A DNA stretch of 64,000 nucleotides, from assembly GCA_964016885.1 (NCBI GenBank), contig OZ024740.1, positions 79,298,001-79,362,000 of the forward strand. The letters run 5' to 3'. Below the pieces are notes generated by a model that saw nothing but the letters and a program-made list of their open reading frames with translations, was not told where the DNA came from and ran no database searches. This document shows positions 26,160 through 39,930 of this stretch, one piece after another. The DNA is from Eledone cirrhosa (taxonomy: Eukaryota). The first letter of the stretch is position 1; each line of letters opens with the position of its first letter. The translations under genes and the position numbers were made by a program.

Positions 26160-26346
26160 CTCCGTATAAGACAAAAGCTAAAAAATATCTTTTGACATGC
26201 TAAAATACCCCCCACTGCTTTCAGACACATTCTTACTGACCATCGAATTACTCTGCTATACACACACACACACACTTATCTTAATAGCCATTTGACACAC
26301 ATCGCTGCTGGCCATTGTCGCAGCATCGAACACCTTACTACTACTA

Positions 26347-26400
<54 letters not shown>

Positions 26401-26714
26401 TTGTTGTGAAAGAGTAATTTCTCAATCTTGGCGCAAAACCAATTGTTTATCCACATGACCTCTACCGACCAATCAAAATTGTTTTGACCAAGAATTTTTG
26501 CTGGAGCCACTTTTTTAACATAAAAACAGTCTTGGCGCAAAATCAACTTTTTACATTCACATGACCTCTACCGACCAATCAAAATTGTTTTGACCACAAG
26601 CATTTTTGCAACACAAAAATAACGCTGGATCCACTTTTTTAACATAAAAACAGGTAGAATTCCAAAAACTAATCAGATCAGAGCAAACAGCACGGACACT
26701 CTATCTCAAAATTA

Positions 26715-26751
26715 TTTTTGAAAAGCATTTAGAAATGCGCAACCGGTAAAA
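26715..26751 (+). ncRNA. Hammerhead-like motif in the 3' pLTR (U3-A8 core, A13C lesion)
   Basis: ttt-TTGAAAA-gcattt ag aaatgc-GCAA-ccgg-TA-aaa; homologous to 51019-51060. Confidence 0.65.
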
Positions 26752-26869
26752 ACTTAAAAACTTAAAACCACAACTGAATACTAACCCATACAATCACTAA
26801 TACTCTTTTATTCCTAATTAAACCATTTTTCAACTGTGAACAATTTGTCAGCATTTTCTATTCCGTTTA

Positions 26870-26907
<38 letters not shown>

Positions 26908-27010
26908 CATATATATATGTGTGCTATATGGCAGGACATGGCAGCGATAATGAGGGACAGAGACTGCTGGAGAGAACTCGTCCATGGATCTCGGGAATTT
27001 TACCCGCCTT

Positions 27011-27045
<35 letters not shown>

Positions 27046-27047
<2 letters not shown>

Positions 27048-27225
27048 CTATATACTACGTTCCTAGTTTTGGAGTTAATTTGTGGGCTTAATTTGCAGAC
27101 TATGCATTTGTATGGAGGGCAGCCCATAGCATAGGAGAAAGGATAAATGAACACTAGTGAGAACTCCAGGATAGGAAGAACTCATCAGTATTCCACCAAC
27201 ATGCCAAAATGAAACATGGGGTCAC
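27046..27225. pseudogene. GIY-YIG fragment of a family-B relative with an internal inversion
   Basis: Minus strand CIVCKLSPQINSKTRNVVYS; plus strand AHSIGERINEH...SSVFHQHAK. Confidence 0.75.
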
Positions 27226-27269
27226 ACAAAATATATATATAAATATATATATCATTGCGATTGTATATG

Positions 27270-27680
27270 TTCAAGAACATCGATTTATCCCAAAGAAAAC
27301 GATCCAGACAATCGCTCATAATATCGGCAAGAGTAATCTGTTTACTGCATCAGCATAAAAAATGACATTGGTGCTGTAATTGGAGGAGTTAGTTTGACAG
27401 TACAAACACACCTCCTTCCTCTACTTACAAAGTTAACCAAGGTCTAGAGAAATCCCAAAACTGTTGTTATTCACCCCACAGTCACCTGCCGGAAGAGGAA
27501 CTGGGACAGTTTTACCATCAACTCAGTGTTACTGTCTCTGAAGTACCCCCTCATGCCATACTAATTATTGGAGGAGACTTCAACGTGTAAATTAGAGGCA
27601 AATTGTCATACCACCAGAGTACTAACAGAAACGGCACATTTCTTGAACAGTAGTTTCTACATCAACTTAATCTCTTTTTA
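27270..27680 (+). pseudogene. Decayed LINE (RTE-like) AP endonuclease
   Basis: FYHQLSVTVSEVPPHAILIIGGDFN and TNRNG motifs. Confidence 0.7.
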
Positions 27681-29184
27681 AGAAGTCGAAATGGAAACAA
27701 TCAATGCCAGATTTACCATTGTGCAGGGCCTCGTTGGCTAGGAAAGGGGGGGGGGGGTATCTTCCTGTCCCAAAAATGTTTTACCTCCTTCAGGGCCCAA
27801 GTAAGGGACCTCATAACTTAACTAGTACAGGACCTCATTTGTCCTAAATCCAGCACTGGAAACTATGGACTTGGAGACACTCAGATGGGCATCTTTCCGA
27901 AATTGTACTGACTGAGTTTTTACCTTTATAGTTTAGTGTTTATCAGGTATTTATATTGAAAGTTGCATCTCAGACCTTACATTACATATCATTTTATTTT
28001 ATTGCATTGCATTTGGGATTTTATTATAGTTTTTATTATATCTTATATTTCAAATATAACTTATGTACACCTTATATTTAACTTACTGGGTATCTTATAC
28101 TTCACATGTGATACTACTTTCTAATACCACATGTCTGAGTAGCAGACCTGTCAACTCTTCCCGTCCGATGGGGACATCTCCCAACCACTTTCGGGTGGGT
28201 GAGAGATGTTTCCTCTTGTGAAAATGAGTATAGATTTCATTATGTAAAATCTCCCCATTTTGCCTCATTTTCTCCCCGCTTTGGGATACTTTTTCTCCAT
28301 GGTACACTTCACATGTGATATAATTTTCTAATACCACATGTCTCAGTAGGATCCCCCATACCAATAGCTTCAACTAGATATTAATCGGTATCATTCATTA
28401 ATTACATTACACTACCTCGTTTACATATTTACAATCCAATAATTATATATTTAATTATTCCCCTCACCCCATGAAATTTATTCACTGCCTAACATTCTAT
28501 ATAGTTCTCTTGTATTATAACTACACAGAGACATACTACACAATGGAACATTAACCATTAATCTACACCTTAGCTTTCTATATTTTTATATTATAATAAA
28601 TAATTATATTATATTCCATATGGAATCTAATATTGAGTGACTCATAAGACCCAATAATAGCTAAGGATATTAATTTATTCTATTTTATTTTATTTTATTT
28701 TTAATTTCTTATTTTTTCAATTTTACCTTCAACTATATACTTGCATTTTTATCCCTAACCACCATCCATAATTCTATCATCATTATCATTAGCATCATTA
28801 TTAAAAATTATCTGTTATGCGTTACATTACCGACTGACCGTCTGATGAATTTCCGAATTACACACAAGACGCCAGAATTTGTTTCCATTCCTTAATTAAT
28901 TAATTAATTTCCTCCTCTTCAGTACATGAATATAGTGGGCACTGGTAGAGCTATTGAAATATATATAGTGCTTTTTGCAACTATAAAACTTTAAAGGGAT
29001 ATCACCAATCCGGCCTCTAGTTGTTTTAATCAAATTAATATTTAACTCCGTTCCTGCACCAGCCACGGAATTCAACATCAACGATGGATGATTTGCATAA
29101 CGTAGAGTGCTTTTCCTACTATTACATCATGATTAACTAAACCTAATGACCAGTTCTATCCATTGGTAAATCACAAGACATAAA

Positions 29185-29239
<55 letters not shown>

Positions 29240-29243
<4 letters not shown>

Positions 29244-29417
29244 ATAATAATAAATTTGAAGACTAAAATCCAAAGAGGGCTCGATAAGGATAAATATATA
29301 TCAAATATATAAGAACCGTAGAGCAAATATTTATTAAAATAACAGATTAAAGTTTAAGCAAAGAAGATCCCGTTAAGGGTGAAAGCAGCGATTCTTTGCT
29401 TAAACTTTAATCTGTTA

Positions 29418-29424
<7 letters not shown>
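29240..29424. mobile_element. Fold-back family D element
   Basis: Inverted tail plus end (29240-29365) joined at agaa microhomology to a forward HHR 3' half ending at ttttaat. Confidence 0.88.
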
Positions 29425-29479
<55 letters not shown>

Positions 29480-29487
29480 CCAGTAAG

Positions 29488-29581
29488 ACCCCGACAGCTG
29501 AGCTCAAGCCGTTTCGACGGCTAATTCTGGACTAAATGAAAATTTATCCTGGTATTTAAATAGCCGAGCTTCTCAAGGGGT
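29488..29581 (-). ncRNA. Hammerhead ribozyme, U3-A8 variant (family E)
   Basis: Mirror of 31111-31204. Confidence 0.78.
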
Positions 29582-30029
29582 AATTCCATATATGGTCAAA
29601 GTGATTGTCACAAGGATTGGTCACAAGTTAGTAGTAGTTCTGTGATGGCAAATTAGTGGGGGAAGGGGTAGCTAAACCTGCCAGTAGGAGAAAAAGGGGA
29701 GGGGGTGGGGTAGACCCATTCATGCGTTAGTAGTGCCGGCTACAGCTGGGCGTGAGGTCAAAGAGGATACTAGGGAGGGGGAGGAGGAGGAAGTCGAACG
29801 GTAAGTCGAACAATGAAGGGCAAAAATATATTTTAAAAAAAATATATTAAAAAAAATATATAAAAAAATATATAAAAAAAAATATATAAAAAAGAATATA
29901 TAAAAAAAAAAAAAATACTGAGAGTGATAAAAAGCGAATAAATGTAAAGAAAAAAATAAGCAATTTCTACGACCTGAGTCTCTCGCTATTGCTAGGCTAA
30001 ATAAATAAATAAATAAATAAATAAATGAA

Positions 30030-30076
<47 letters not shown>

Positions 30077-31110
30077 AAAATAATAAATAAATAAACTAGG
30101 TGGGACGGAGTAAGAATGGACCCTTTTAAGAGGTATAAGTACGTATATCATACGGTGACGGGTCAACAAGGGGGGGGGGGGGGGCAAAATACTAAAGAAA
30201 CTACCACGAAATAATTAATAAAGGTTTCTACCCCAGGCACAAGGCCAACAACCACCCAGTGCAGAAAAGTAAACTAGTACGAAATAATAATTCAGAGTCC
30301 CGAAAAAAATATACTAATGCTAACTCTAAGGGTACCGCCACGCTACAAAAGTTCTTATACAAGTTACAAGAAAGTTCGTACGAAGTAAAAGTAAAATACG
30401 GAAAATTAATTCAGAATCCCCCCCGCCCAAAAGAAAAGAGAAGAAATAAATAAACGAAAAATTAAAGCAAGGATGCCACTAAGAAATATAGAAGGCACGG
30501 AAAAAAAGGGACAGCGGTCGGATAAGGGGGAAAGAATCCGAGGTCTAACACGACTGCTATAAAAAGCGGAGTCCGCCAAATCTATCATAGAATAGGGGAG
30601 GGGGTGGGGGTACTGAGGCTACAAGGGACCGAGGGGCTGCCTCGGGTGGGCGAGAGAAAGACGCCGACAAAGAAAAAGAACTGGGGTAGAAGGACTAGGG
30701 AGGGATGATTCATTTATTTATTTATTTATTTATTTAGCCTAGCAATAGCGAGAGACTCAGGTCGTAGAAATTGCTTATTTTTTTCTTTACATTTATTCGC
30801 TTTTTATCACTCTCAGTATTTTTTTTATTTATTTTTTTTTTTAATATATTTTTTTTTTTATATATATTTTTACCCTTCATTGTTCGACTTACCGTTCGAC
30901 TTCCTCCCCCTCCCCCTCCCTAGTATCCTCTTTGACCTCACGCCCAGCTGTAGTCGGCACTACCAACGCATGAATGGGTCTACCCACCCCCTCCCCTTTT
31001 TCTCTTACTGGCAGGTTTAGCTACCCCTTCACCCACTAATTTGCCATCACAGAACTACTACTAACTTGTGACCAATCCTTGTGACAATCACTTTGACCAT
31101 ATATGGAATT

Positions 31111-31204
31111 ACCCCTTGAGAAGCTCGGCTATTTAAATACCAGGATAAATTTTCATTTAGTCCAGAATTAGCCGTCGAAACGGCTTGAGCTCAGCCGTCG
31201 GGGT
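31111..31204 (+). ncRNA. Hammerhead ribozyme, U3-A8 variant (family E)
   Basis: acccc-TTGAGAA-gct cggcta...tagccg tc-GAAA-cggct tgagctc agccg-TC-ggggt. Confidence 0.82.
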
Positions 31205-31295
31205 CTTACTGGTTCCTATTACCCACTCTACTACCCTAAGTATTGAGTACTTTGGTGCGTTATGGTCCACCTGGTTCCTTACCACATTTCCTTCG

Positions 31296-31330
<35 letters not shown>

Positions 31331-31336
<6 letters not shown>

Positions 31337-31733
31337 TGGATGAATACCTCAACAGGTACAATGTACTTGTAGAAATATGCAAGGTGTTTATAATATTTGT
31401 GGTTCAATGGTACTAATTCGAGATACCAGAACAATATAAAAAATAGCGGAGCAAGCGGTTATCAAGCAATTCTCTAAATAAATTAAAAAACGATTTAAAT
31501 AATCACCTGTTCTATTGCTGTTACCGACGGTTTCATCATTCCAAAAGATTGGAAATCCAGAGAATTTCCATGTGGAAATAGGCTGTCTGAAGATTCATTT
31601 CTTTCCATTGGAAATTCTCTGGATTTCCAATCTTTTGGAATGATGAAACCGTCGGCAACAGCAATAGAACAGGTGATTATTTAAATCGTTTTTTAATTTA
31701 TTTAGAGAATTGTTTGATAACCGCTTGCTCCGC

Positions 31734-31742
<9 letters not shown>
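31331..31742 (+). mobile_element. Fold-back mini-PLE, family K; HHR 31582-31662 with long stem II
   Basis: Arms 31436-31570 and 31609-31742; gctgt-CTGAAGA-...-GAAA-ccgtcgg-(T/C)A-acagc; left arm keeps the canonical TA. Confidence 0.85.
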
Positions 31743-31826
<84 letters not shown>

Positions 31827-32513
31827 TAATTGGAGAGGGTCATATTGTTATAATATTGCCAGAAATAATAACAGAACACACTCACTGTTTGGTATATATA
31901 TATTATATATATATATAATTATATATATATATATATATATATATACGACGGGCTTCTACAGTTGCCGTCAACCAAATTTCATTCACATGGTATTTTCATC
32001 AGAAAGCAATTTTCCCAGTCTTCTTGGCAATATTTATATATTTTGCCAATATACATCAGCTCGAGATATAGACAACAACAACAACAACTGCAACATATTA
32101 TATATAAATGTGTGCAAAATATATTTCGAAAGACCCATCTAATTTGTCTGCATTCCACTATTATATAACATACAAAAATAAACAGTTTTGACTGGAAAAA
32201 TGTCGAAATCGATCGTGTAATGTTTGTCATTTATCTAAGAGACAATCTTAAATTTATTGACTCATACATTATATCAAAAATCGATATCTAATAATCTTTT
32301 TGGTCATTATTGGATCTACTATTTATTGCACACATCTCATCATAGAAAAAAATAAAATAAAATAAAATTAGACAAATAACAACAAAAAATGTTGGCAGTA
32401 ATTAAAAATTTTAGTTTTTATAATGATGGGCTCAAATTAGCCTCGTTATTTCCCATTACTCCTGTCAGTTATGAAAGGTCAAGATTTGAGCTACTATATA
32501 TATATATATATAT

Positions 32514-33177
32514 ATTGTTATACTTGGGGAGGGTCATATTGTTGTAATAATATTGCCAGAAATAATAACAAAACACACTCAGTGTTTGGTTGGTTTTCGC
32601 TTCTGTATCTTTTATATCTCCATAGTTAATTTATTTGGTAATCAATGTTTATCATTGATTGACCAACGATTAAAAATAGAGATATAAATACATATATATA
32701 ATCTGTCAAAATTCTTTCGTTGCACATCTGCGACATCATCAGTGGTACTATTATGTTTCCTCTCATTGTATTTTATTGTACTGTAATGTCTACATCATTT
32801 TTATTTAATTAATTAATTTATTTATTCTCATCTCCGTCCCTGCGCATGGGTTTGCGTGTGTGTATAATGTTTGGTGTGTGTGTTCGCGTTTGAGTGTATG
32901 TGTTTTTGTTATTGTATTCTATCTTTGTTCACTTGTGTTTTTTTTATATGTGCTTGTTGTTATTGTACTTGTGTATATATTTATTTATTTATTTATACTT
33001 CCCTTTAGTCAGTATTATTTGTTTAGATATGGTTGTTGTTATTCCATTCATTTTTTTCTGTTTAATTTTGGTCTTCTAAGCTCTATCTCAGTTGCTTCTC
33101 TGATTTGCCTACCTGTTGAGTCATTTCTATGTTTAGATATTATTTTAATTTCTATGTTGTCTATATTACCGTCATGT

Positions 33178-33179
<2 letters not shown>
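32514..33179 (-). mobile_element. Diverged family B copy (GIY-YIG end, pLTR, HHR 32706-32746)
   Basis: Reverse-complement similarity to 5020-5675; small related fragment at 31822-31892. Confidence 0.85.
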
Positions 33180-33238
<59 letters not shown>

Positions 33239-33245
33239 ACATATA

Positions 33246-33566
<321 letters not shown>

Positions 33567-33571
33567 ATATG

Positions 33572-33826
33572 TATAGTATATTTGGCAATATACCGTATGT
33601 TTAATTAAAAGCATTTAGAAGACCATACGCTCTCAGTTTTAAAGTAGTGACTATGTCACTTACTTCTTTTCGGCGAAAGAAGGGAGAGGAGCTGACAGTC
33701 TGTTTCACGCTGGTTGGTGTGCATCAGAGCCACGTACTCCGCTGCTTTTTAATTAAACATACGGTATATTGCCAAATACTATAAATACATTCATGTATAC
33801 ATCGCTATTTCAGACCACCAATCCTA
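33572..33826 (-). mobile_element. Fold-back mini-element, family L; HHR-like motif 33691-33730
   Basis: ~40-bp inverted arms (33572-33613 / 33743-33783) plus tail; minus strand gct-CTGATGC-...-GAAA-cagactg-TC-agc. Confidence 0.72.
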
Positions 33827-33858
33827 ATATATATATATATATATACTAATAATAATAA

Positions 33859-33889
<31 letters not shown>

Positions 33890-33949
33890 TGTATGTATGT
33901 ATGTATGTATGTATGTATGTATGTATGTATGTATGTGTATGTATATAAG

Positions 33950-34020
<71 letters not shown>

Positions 34021-34120
34021 CTCTGGTATCTTCTTCATATCCATGGAGCGCTTGTCTGCACAATATTGAAGTTGCGTTTCGCTAATTTCTACCCGCCGAA
34101 ATGCGATTCTCGCTAAATAC

Positions 34121-34188
<68 letters not shown>

Positions 34189-34614
34189 CCAATGTAAATT
34201 ACTATAACAATAGTCGATCAGTAGTCGATCAGAATAAATAATAGTTGACTAAATCTGGTAAATTATCTGGTGACGTAAAAATGTGGACAGAGGCACCTGA
34301 GATGAATCAAACCCCGCATCTCCCAGTTGCCGGTCGATTGCATTAACTATTAGGCTACGGCGTCCCTACTTACTAATGACCTTCTTTTAGAAGACTTTAA
34401 ACTTTAAACAATAACTGTGTTCTTTTTAAAACTCTCTATATAACAAAAAAATAGTCTATAAAAATCTCTATATAACAATATAAATATTGTCTATAAAACT
34501 ATATAACAATAAAAATGCTCTCTGTAGAGCATTAAAATTACGATGATGTGGATTGTTACTGCAAAGAATGTAGAGAAGAAATCTTTAATGTTTATGTTTT
34601 GATTTTTCTGTTTC

Positions 34615-34850
34615 TAAAGATATCGAAAATACTGGAAGGACACGCATCAAAGTCTGGCATTAAGTTCTATATCAATACTCGAACTGAATGTCATAGCATA
34701 ATATCAAAGATACCACTCTCCCTATCTATAAATAGATCTAAATACTGCTATAGCTTAGTGTTCAATGGCTTGTCTCCAAACTTGAGAGATCTACATGGAG
34801 GCGATGTAAATGAATTCAAGAAACATCTGGATATTTAATGTCTGGATTAC
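34615..34850 (+). pseudogene. CR1-like LINE 3' remnant
   Basis: KILEG...FNGLSPNLRDLHGGDVNEFKKHLD resembles the C-terminus of CR1-group ORF2. Confidence 0.55.
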
Positions 34851-36286
34851 AGACAGGGTTCGAAACAAGTTCCGTCTATCCAAGTTCTCACCAAATGTCA
34901 TGCTAGGGATTGAACACAAGACCTAATGATTGCGAAGCGAATTTCTTAACCCTTCATCAATGTTGCGATAAGAAAAATATTACAAGAGACCAAACCGAGC
35001 TTTAGTGAACTCCAGAGTTCAAAAATTTCTTACATTAAAACTGATAATTGTAGAGTTTTCTGTTAGCTTCAGTTGCAAAGTTCAAATCGTCTCACCAGTC
35101 AACGGTAAATCTATTCTTAAGATGGATGTTGTCTCTCCTAAAGTGGATAATTGCAGTCACCCATTGAAGGATATATCTCATTTGTAGAACATTAAGCAAT
35201 TTATTGCTTTTTTTTATATTTATATGAGGAATGTATAGAACCATTTATATATTTATTTATTTACTGTTATATTTTGACACAGATTAAGGTCTGTTTGATC
35301 GGTAGGAACGCCAAGAATATATTTGTTGGATAAACCAGCTTAGTTGAGCACATCTTTCACCTCCTGTAAGCCGAGCTCCTTAAAGCTAGATAACCTAAAT
35401 ATTAAGGTCGGTGTTAACATACTTAAGATGGTGAACAAAAAAAAAGTTTAATTCAAATTTCTTAGCTTAGTTCCATATATATTTAGGACCAACGTTACCT
35501 TTTAGCTTTCAATGCGGCGAAATGGCATACTCGTTAGAGTATTGGATAGAATGGTTTGCAGCTTTAGTCCCGGCTCTCTGTGCTCTGAATTCAAATCTCA
35601 CCGAGGTCAATCCGTTTCAGAAACAATAAATAAACTACCAGTACAATACTGAGATAGTTCTTCTTCTCTATCTCTTTTTCTAGAGGGTCAAGTGACCACG
35701 AAGAAACTTCCCCGTTAGTATGTCACTGCATCTCATTGTTATAACAACGTATATGCGACACTTTAAAGCGTAATATGAAGAAAGTATTTTAATTTAAACC
35801 AATACTTTAGAAGCTGAAGTCCATTAGTCATACAACAGCTACAAATAGTTTACAATATGTCATACATTGTTATGTTTCTGTACAGAACCATCTGTTAACA
35901 TATTTGACGACATAGATATATATCCAATAATGTGGCCAAGATTCTTCATCCTATCATGAGTCGTCCACGAATGCAAAATAAAAGAAAACGCTATATATAT
36001 AATAGGGATGATTAATATATATGTGTGTGTATGAGTGAGTGTGTGTGTGTATGTGAATGTGTGTGTATGTGAGTGTGTGTGGGGGGTGGGGGGTGAGGTG
36101 GTATGCAGCAATATATGCTTCTGTAAATGTAACAGCAAACATTACGAACTGACACCCACCCACACACACACACATATCTATATGTGTTTCTATGTGTATG
36201 TATGTGTGTATGCATGTATATGTATGTATGCGTGTGTGTATGTGTGTATATATGTATATATATGCATGTATATGTATGCGTGTGTG

Positions 36287-36424
<138 letters not shown>

Positions 36425-36896
36425 TGTGTGTGTGTGTGAGTGAGTGTGTGTGTGTGTGTGTTTATGTAGCAATATCCGTAGGTGTGAAAAGAAAAAAGGA
36501 AAACAGTACTCAATGGGGAAGAGAGCAGAAATATATTATTTATTTATGTTCATACACGGAACAAAAGCGCTACACAAGGTTTCAAGGCCCAAATTTGACC
36601 ATACCTCCAGAAGAGGCATCAAATGTGTTACCTTTCTTCAGGCGCTTATACGAGAAACGTGTGTTTCATGGGCATGACTGGCCATAACCGGGAAATGTTC
36701 TTCGTTTATTCGCTACGGCATAAGGGAAAATGAATGTACGTCCTTGGCAGGGCTAAAAGAGTCATGTTAGAGCTCCTATGTGTGAGAAAAGGATCAACCG
36801 AGAGCAATGCTCGAAACTGAGATTCAGCCATTATATATAGTCCGGAACTAGCTGTTGCAACGGCGAGAGCTCAGTCGTCGGGTTCCGACTCTTTAT

Positions 36897-36947
<51 letters not shown>

Positions 36948-36952
<5 letters not shown>

Positions 36953-37202
36953 GGAGGTGAGTTTTATTGTAGTACAATAAAGCAATGCAGATATCGGATA
37001 AGAAGCACTCTACAGTTTGTAGGACTGGAGTATACATAATATATGTTGATCTAAAACTGCACTATCCACAAGTGTTTTTTAACCTTCATATCATGTCTTC
37101 CTGTTTTATCTGATGAAAACACAAATATTATTGCATGATGATATTTGTTTTTGAAATGCGCATAATAAAATACATGGAACTCTTTTAACCGTCTTTTGTT
37201 GT

Positions 37203-37206
<4 letters not shown>
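36948..37206 (+). mobile_element. Family F element (inverted tail plus forward pLTR); HHR 37104-37170
   Basis: ttttat-CTGATGA-...-GAAA-tgcgca-TA-ataaaa. Confidence 0.88.
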
Positions 37207-37527
<321 letters not shown>

Positions 37528-37539
37528 TATATATATAAT

Positions 37540-37657
37540 ATATAAGATCAAAAGATGGTATGTCTCCCTATTTTATCTGACGAAAACGCAAATGTTATTG
37601 CATGATGATATTTGTATATCTGCATTGCTTTATTGTACTACAATAAAACTCACCTCC

Positions 37658-37661
<4 letters not shown>
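37540..37661. mobile_element. Internally deleted family F fold-back
   Basis: Inverted end, HHR 5' half and tail end. Confidence 0.78.
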
Positions 37662-37746
<85 letters not shown>

Positions 37747-37801
37747 TATTATAAAGAAAGAAGAAATATTAGACATAAATAAATACCCATTTTTTCTCAA
37801 A

Positions 37802-37893
37802 TTCCCGACTGTACAGTTTCGTGGCTACTATGAAAAATTCCTATATCATAGAGATGTAACATTTTTATGAGGTATGCCGATTTTTCAAGGGAA
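37802..37893 (-). ncRNA. Hammerhead ribozyme, U3-A8 variant
   Basis: Minus strand: ttccc-TTGAAAA-atcggc...gccac-GAAA-ctgtacag-TC-gggaa. Confidence 0.8.
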
Positions 37894-38024
37894 CACCTCA
37901 TGGAAAGTTTTCCAAACGGGTCCGCATAGCGCGAAAGAATCTCGAAAAGGCGGAGGCAGACCCTATCACGTGATACAGTGGTCACGTGATACAGTGTACC
38001 TCTCATTATTGTGTGTATATATGT

Positions 38025-38137
38025 ATCAAATCCCGCCAAGGTTAACTTTGCCTTTCATCCTTACGGGGTAGATAAAATATAGTACCAGTAATGTACTGGG
38101 TAATTGCTGGCCTTGTGCCAAATGTAGAAACAATTAT

Positions 38138-38179
<42 letters not shown>

Positions 38180-38340
38180 ATTGTTTACCCAGTACATTAC
38201 TGGTACTTTATTTTATCGACCCCGTGAGGATGAAAGGCAAAGTTAACCTCGGCAGGATTTGAACTCAGACTGTAAAGGGACGTAACTATGCTAGCAAGCA
38301 TGGCGTCCAACCCTCTACCGATACTGCCAATTCACCGCCC
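38025..38340. mobile_element. Two SINEs tail-to-tail (plus 38025-38138, 5'-truncated; minus 38180-38340)
   Basis: Match the 8663 family; separated by (TA)n. Confidence 0.88.
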
Positions 38341-38369
38341 TTTATATATATATATATATATATATATAC

Positions 38370-38855
38370 AGTATTTTCCGTTGTGTTGTAATATAAATAT
38401 TACACACAGTAGATTATCAGCTCACGTAGAGTTTGCTCGACGGTTTCAGTTGTAGTTCCAAAAGTAATCCGGAGAAAAATAGAAAGATTTGAATGGATAC
38501 AGTTTAGTTGAAAGGAATTTATTGACACGTGTTTCTATAACAGTTACATAACCTAAAACAGCTGCTATCTACAAACTTTTAGTTATGCAGACATTCAATA
38601 TTTCAATGCTATCGAAAAACCACTCCTTCAACTATTCTTCTAACAACTTCACCCCTCCCTCCTAATATTCTCTATAAAAACTAAATAGGTCCTCAGTAAT
38701 ATTATTCTGATGAAATGACAGTAAATAATAACATTGAAATATTGAATGTCTGCATAACTAAAAGTTTGTAGATAGCAGCTGTTTTAGGTTATGTAACTGT
38801 TATAGAAACACGTGTCAATAAATTCCTTTCAACTAAACTGTATCCATTCAAATCT

Positions 38856-38860
<5 letters not shown>
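38370..38860 (+). mobile_element. Fold-back mini-PLE, family M; HHR 38702-38821 with ~90-nt stem II
   Basis: Arms 38479-38608 and 38732-38860; ttatt-CTGATGA-a atgacagt...actgttat a-GAAA-cacgtg-TC-aataa. Confidence 0.88.
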
Positions 38861-38904
<44 letters not shown>

Positions 38905-39191
38905 TCCAAAGATTCATTAGATACAATATATACAGTATTTCCTCTCCCAATCAGTATAAATCAACCACACAAAAAAATCATTTAAACGAGGCTATAAGTT
39001 TAAAATGTACTTATGAAGAAATAATAGACAAATGATATAGCTTCTTTTCCGCGATGTACAGCTACATGATATTTACATAATATTCCTTCTAGCCTGTAGA
39101 AATTGACTAGATATATAGTTAACTACACTAATTAGGTACAAAATCGAAGTTAGAAGAAAAAATGTACATAAACTTTACCAGAATCTTCATA

Positions 39192-39277
39192 ATCTCTACC
39201 ACCCGGCGGTTTCGTTCCATTTTTTGGATATATCCGGTCTTGGATATATCCACGAGGCTTGGAACTCATCAGGAGAT
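39192..39277 (-). ncRNA. Hammerhead ribozyme in PLE-like remnant 38902-39483 (family N)
   Basis: Minus strand: atctc-CTGATGA-gttcca...tggaac-GAAA-ccgcc g ggtgg-TA-gagat. Confidence 0.92.
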
Positions 39278-39496
39278 ACCTCAGACTGGACTAAGATTTT
39301 TTTACCATGATCCCCGCCAGAAATCAATTCAAAATGGCTAAGAACCATCACGTGGCCAGTGGTCAAGGCAAAAAGTTTGTGATTGGTGCCTGTCGGTGAG
39401 TAGGCTGGTTGCTAGAAAGCGCAGCCGAACACTGCCTAAAGTTTTACTCAACCTTACGGGAGTATATATTAAATTTAAAGGGTATATATATATAAT

Positions 39497-39577
<81 letters not shown>

Positions 39578-39777
39578 GATCGACTTTCGTCAAATCGGAC
39601 CGAGGAAACAATGTTTCCGTTGGTCTTTCCAATTGCTAATACTCTCTATCGGTCGCAACTCCAGGTAGAAGGAGCAACGTGAAATAAAGTGTCTTGCTCA
39701 AGGACATAACGCATCGCCCGGTCCAGGAATCAAACTCACAGCCTCACGATTGCGAATCCAATTCTCTAACCACTCAA

Positions 39778-39930
<153 letters not shown>

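Larger units (their letters stand above)
21967..26876 (+). mobile_element. Near full-length Neptune-type Penelope-like retrotransposon
   Basis: ORF1, RT (YLDD), CxxxxCxxC linker, GIY-YIG; ~113-bp direct repeats at 21967-22080 and 26764-26876; (TA)n on both sides. Confidence 0.93.
29477..31298. mobile_element. Large fold-back family E element (~500-bp inverted arms plus tail)
   Basis: 29477-30020 is the reverse complement of 30710-31215; tail 31216-31298; complete HHR in each arm. Confidence 0.9.

Noticed and set aside
28840-28870. ctgatgaatttccgaatt hammerhead start
   Set aside because: No GAAA or stem III follows.
34285-34366. tRNA gene on the minus strand
   Set aside because: A/B-box-like sequence but stems are broken; most likely a decayed SINE head.
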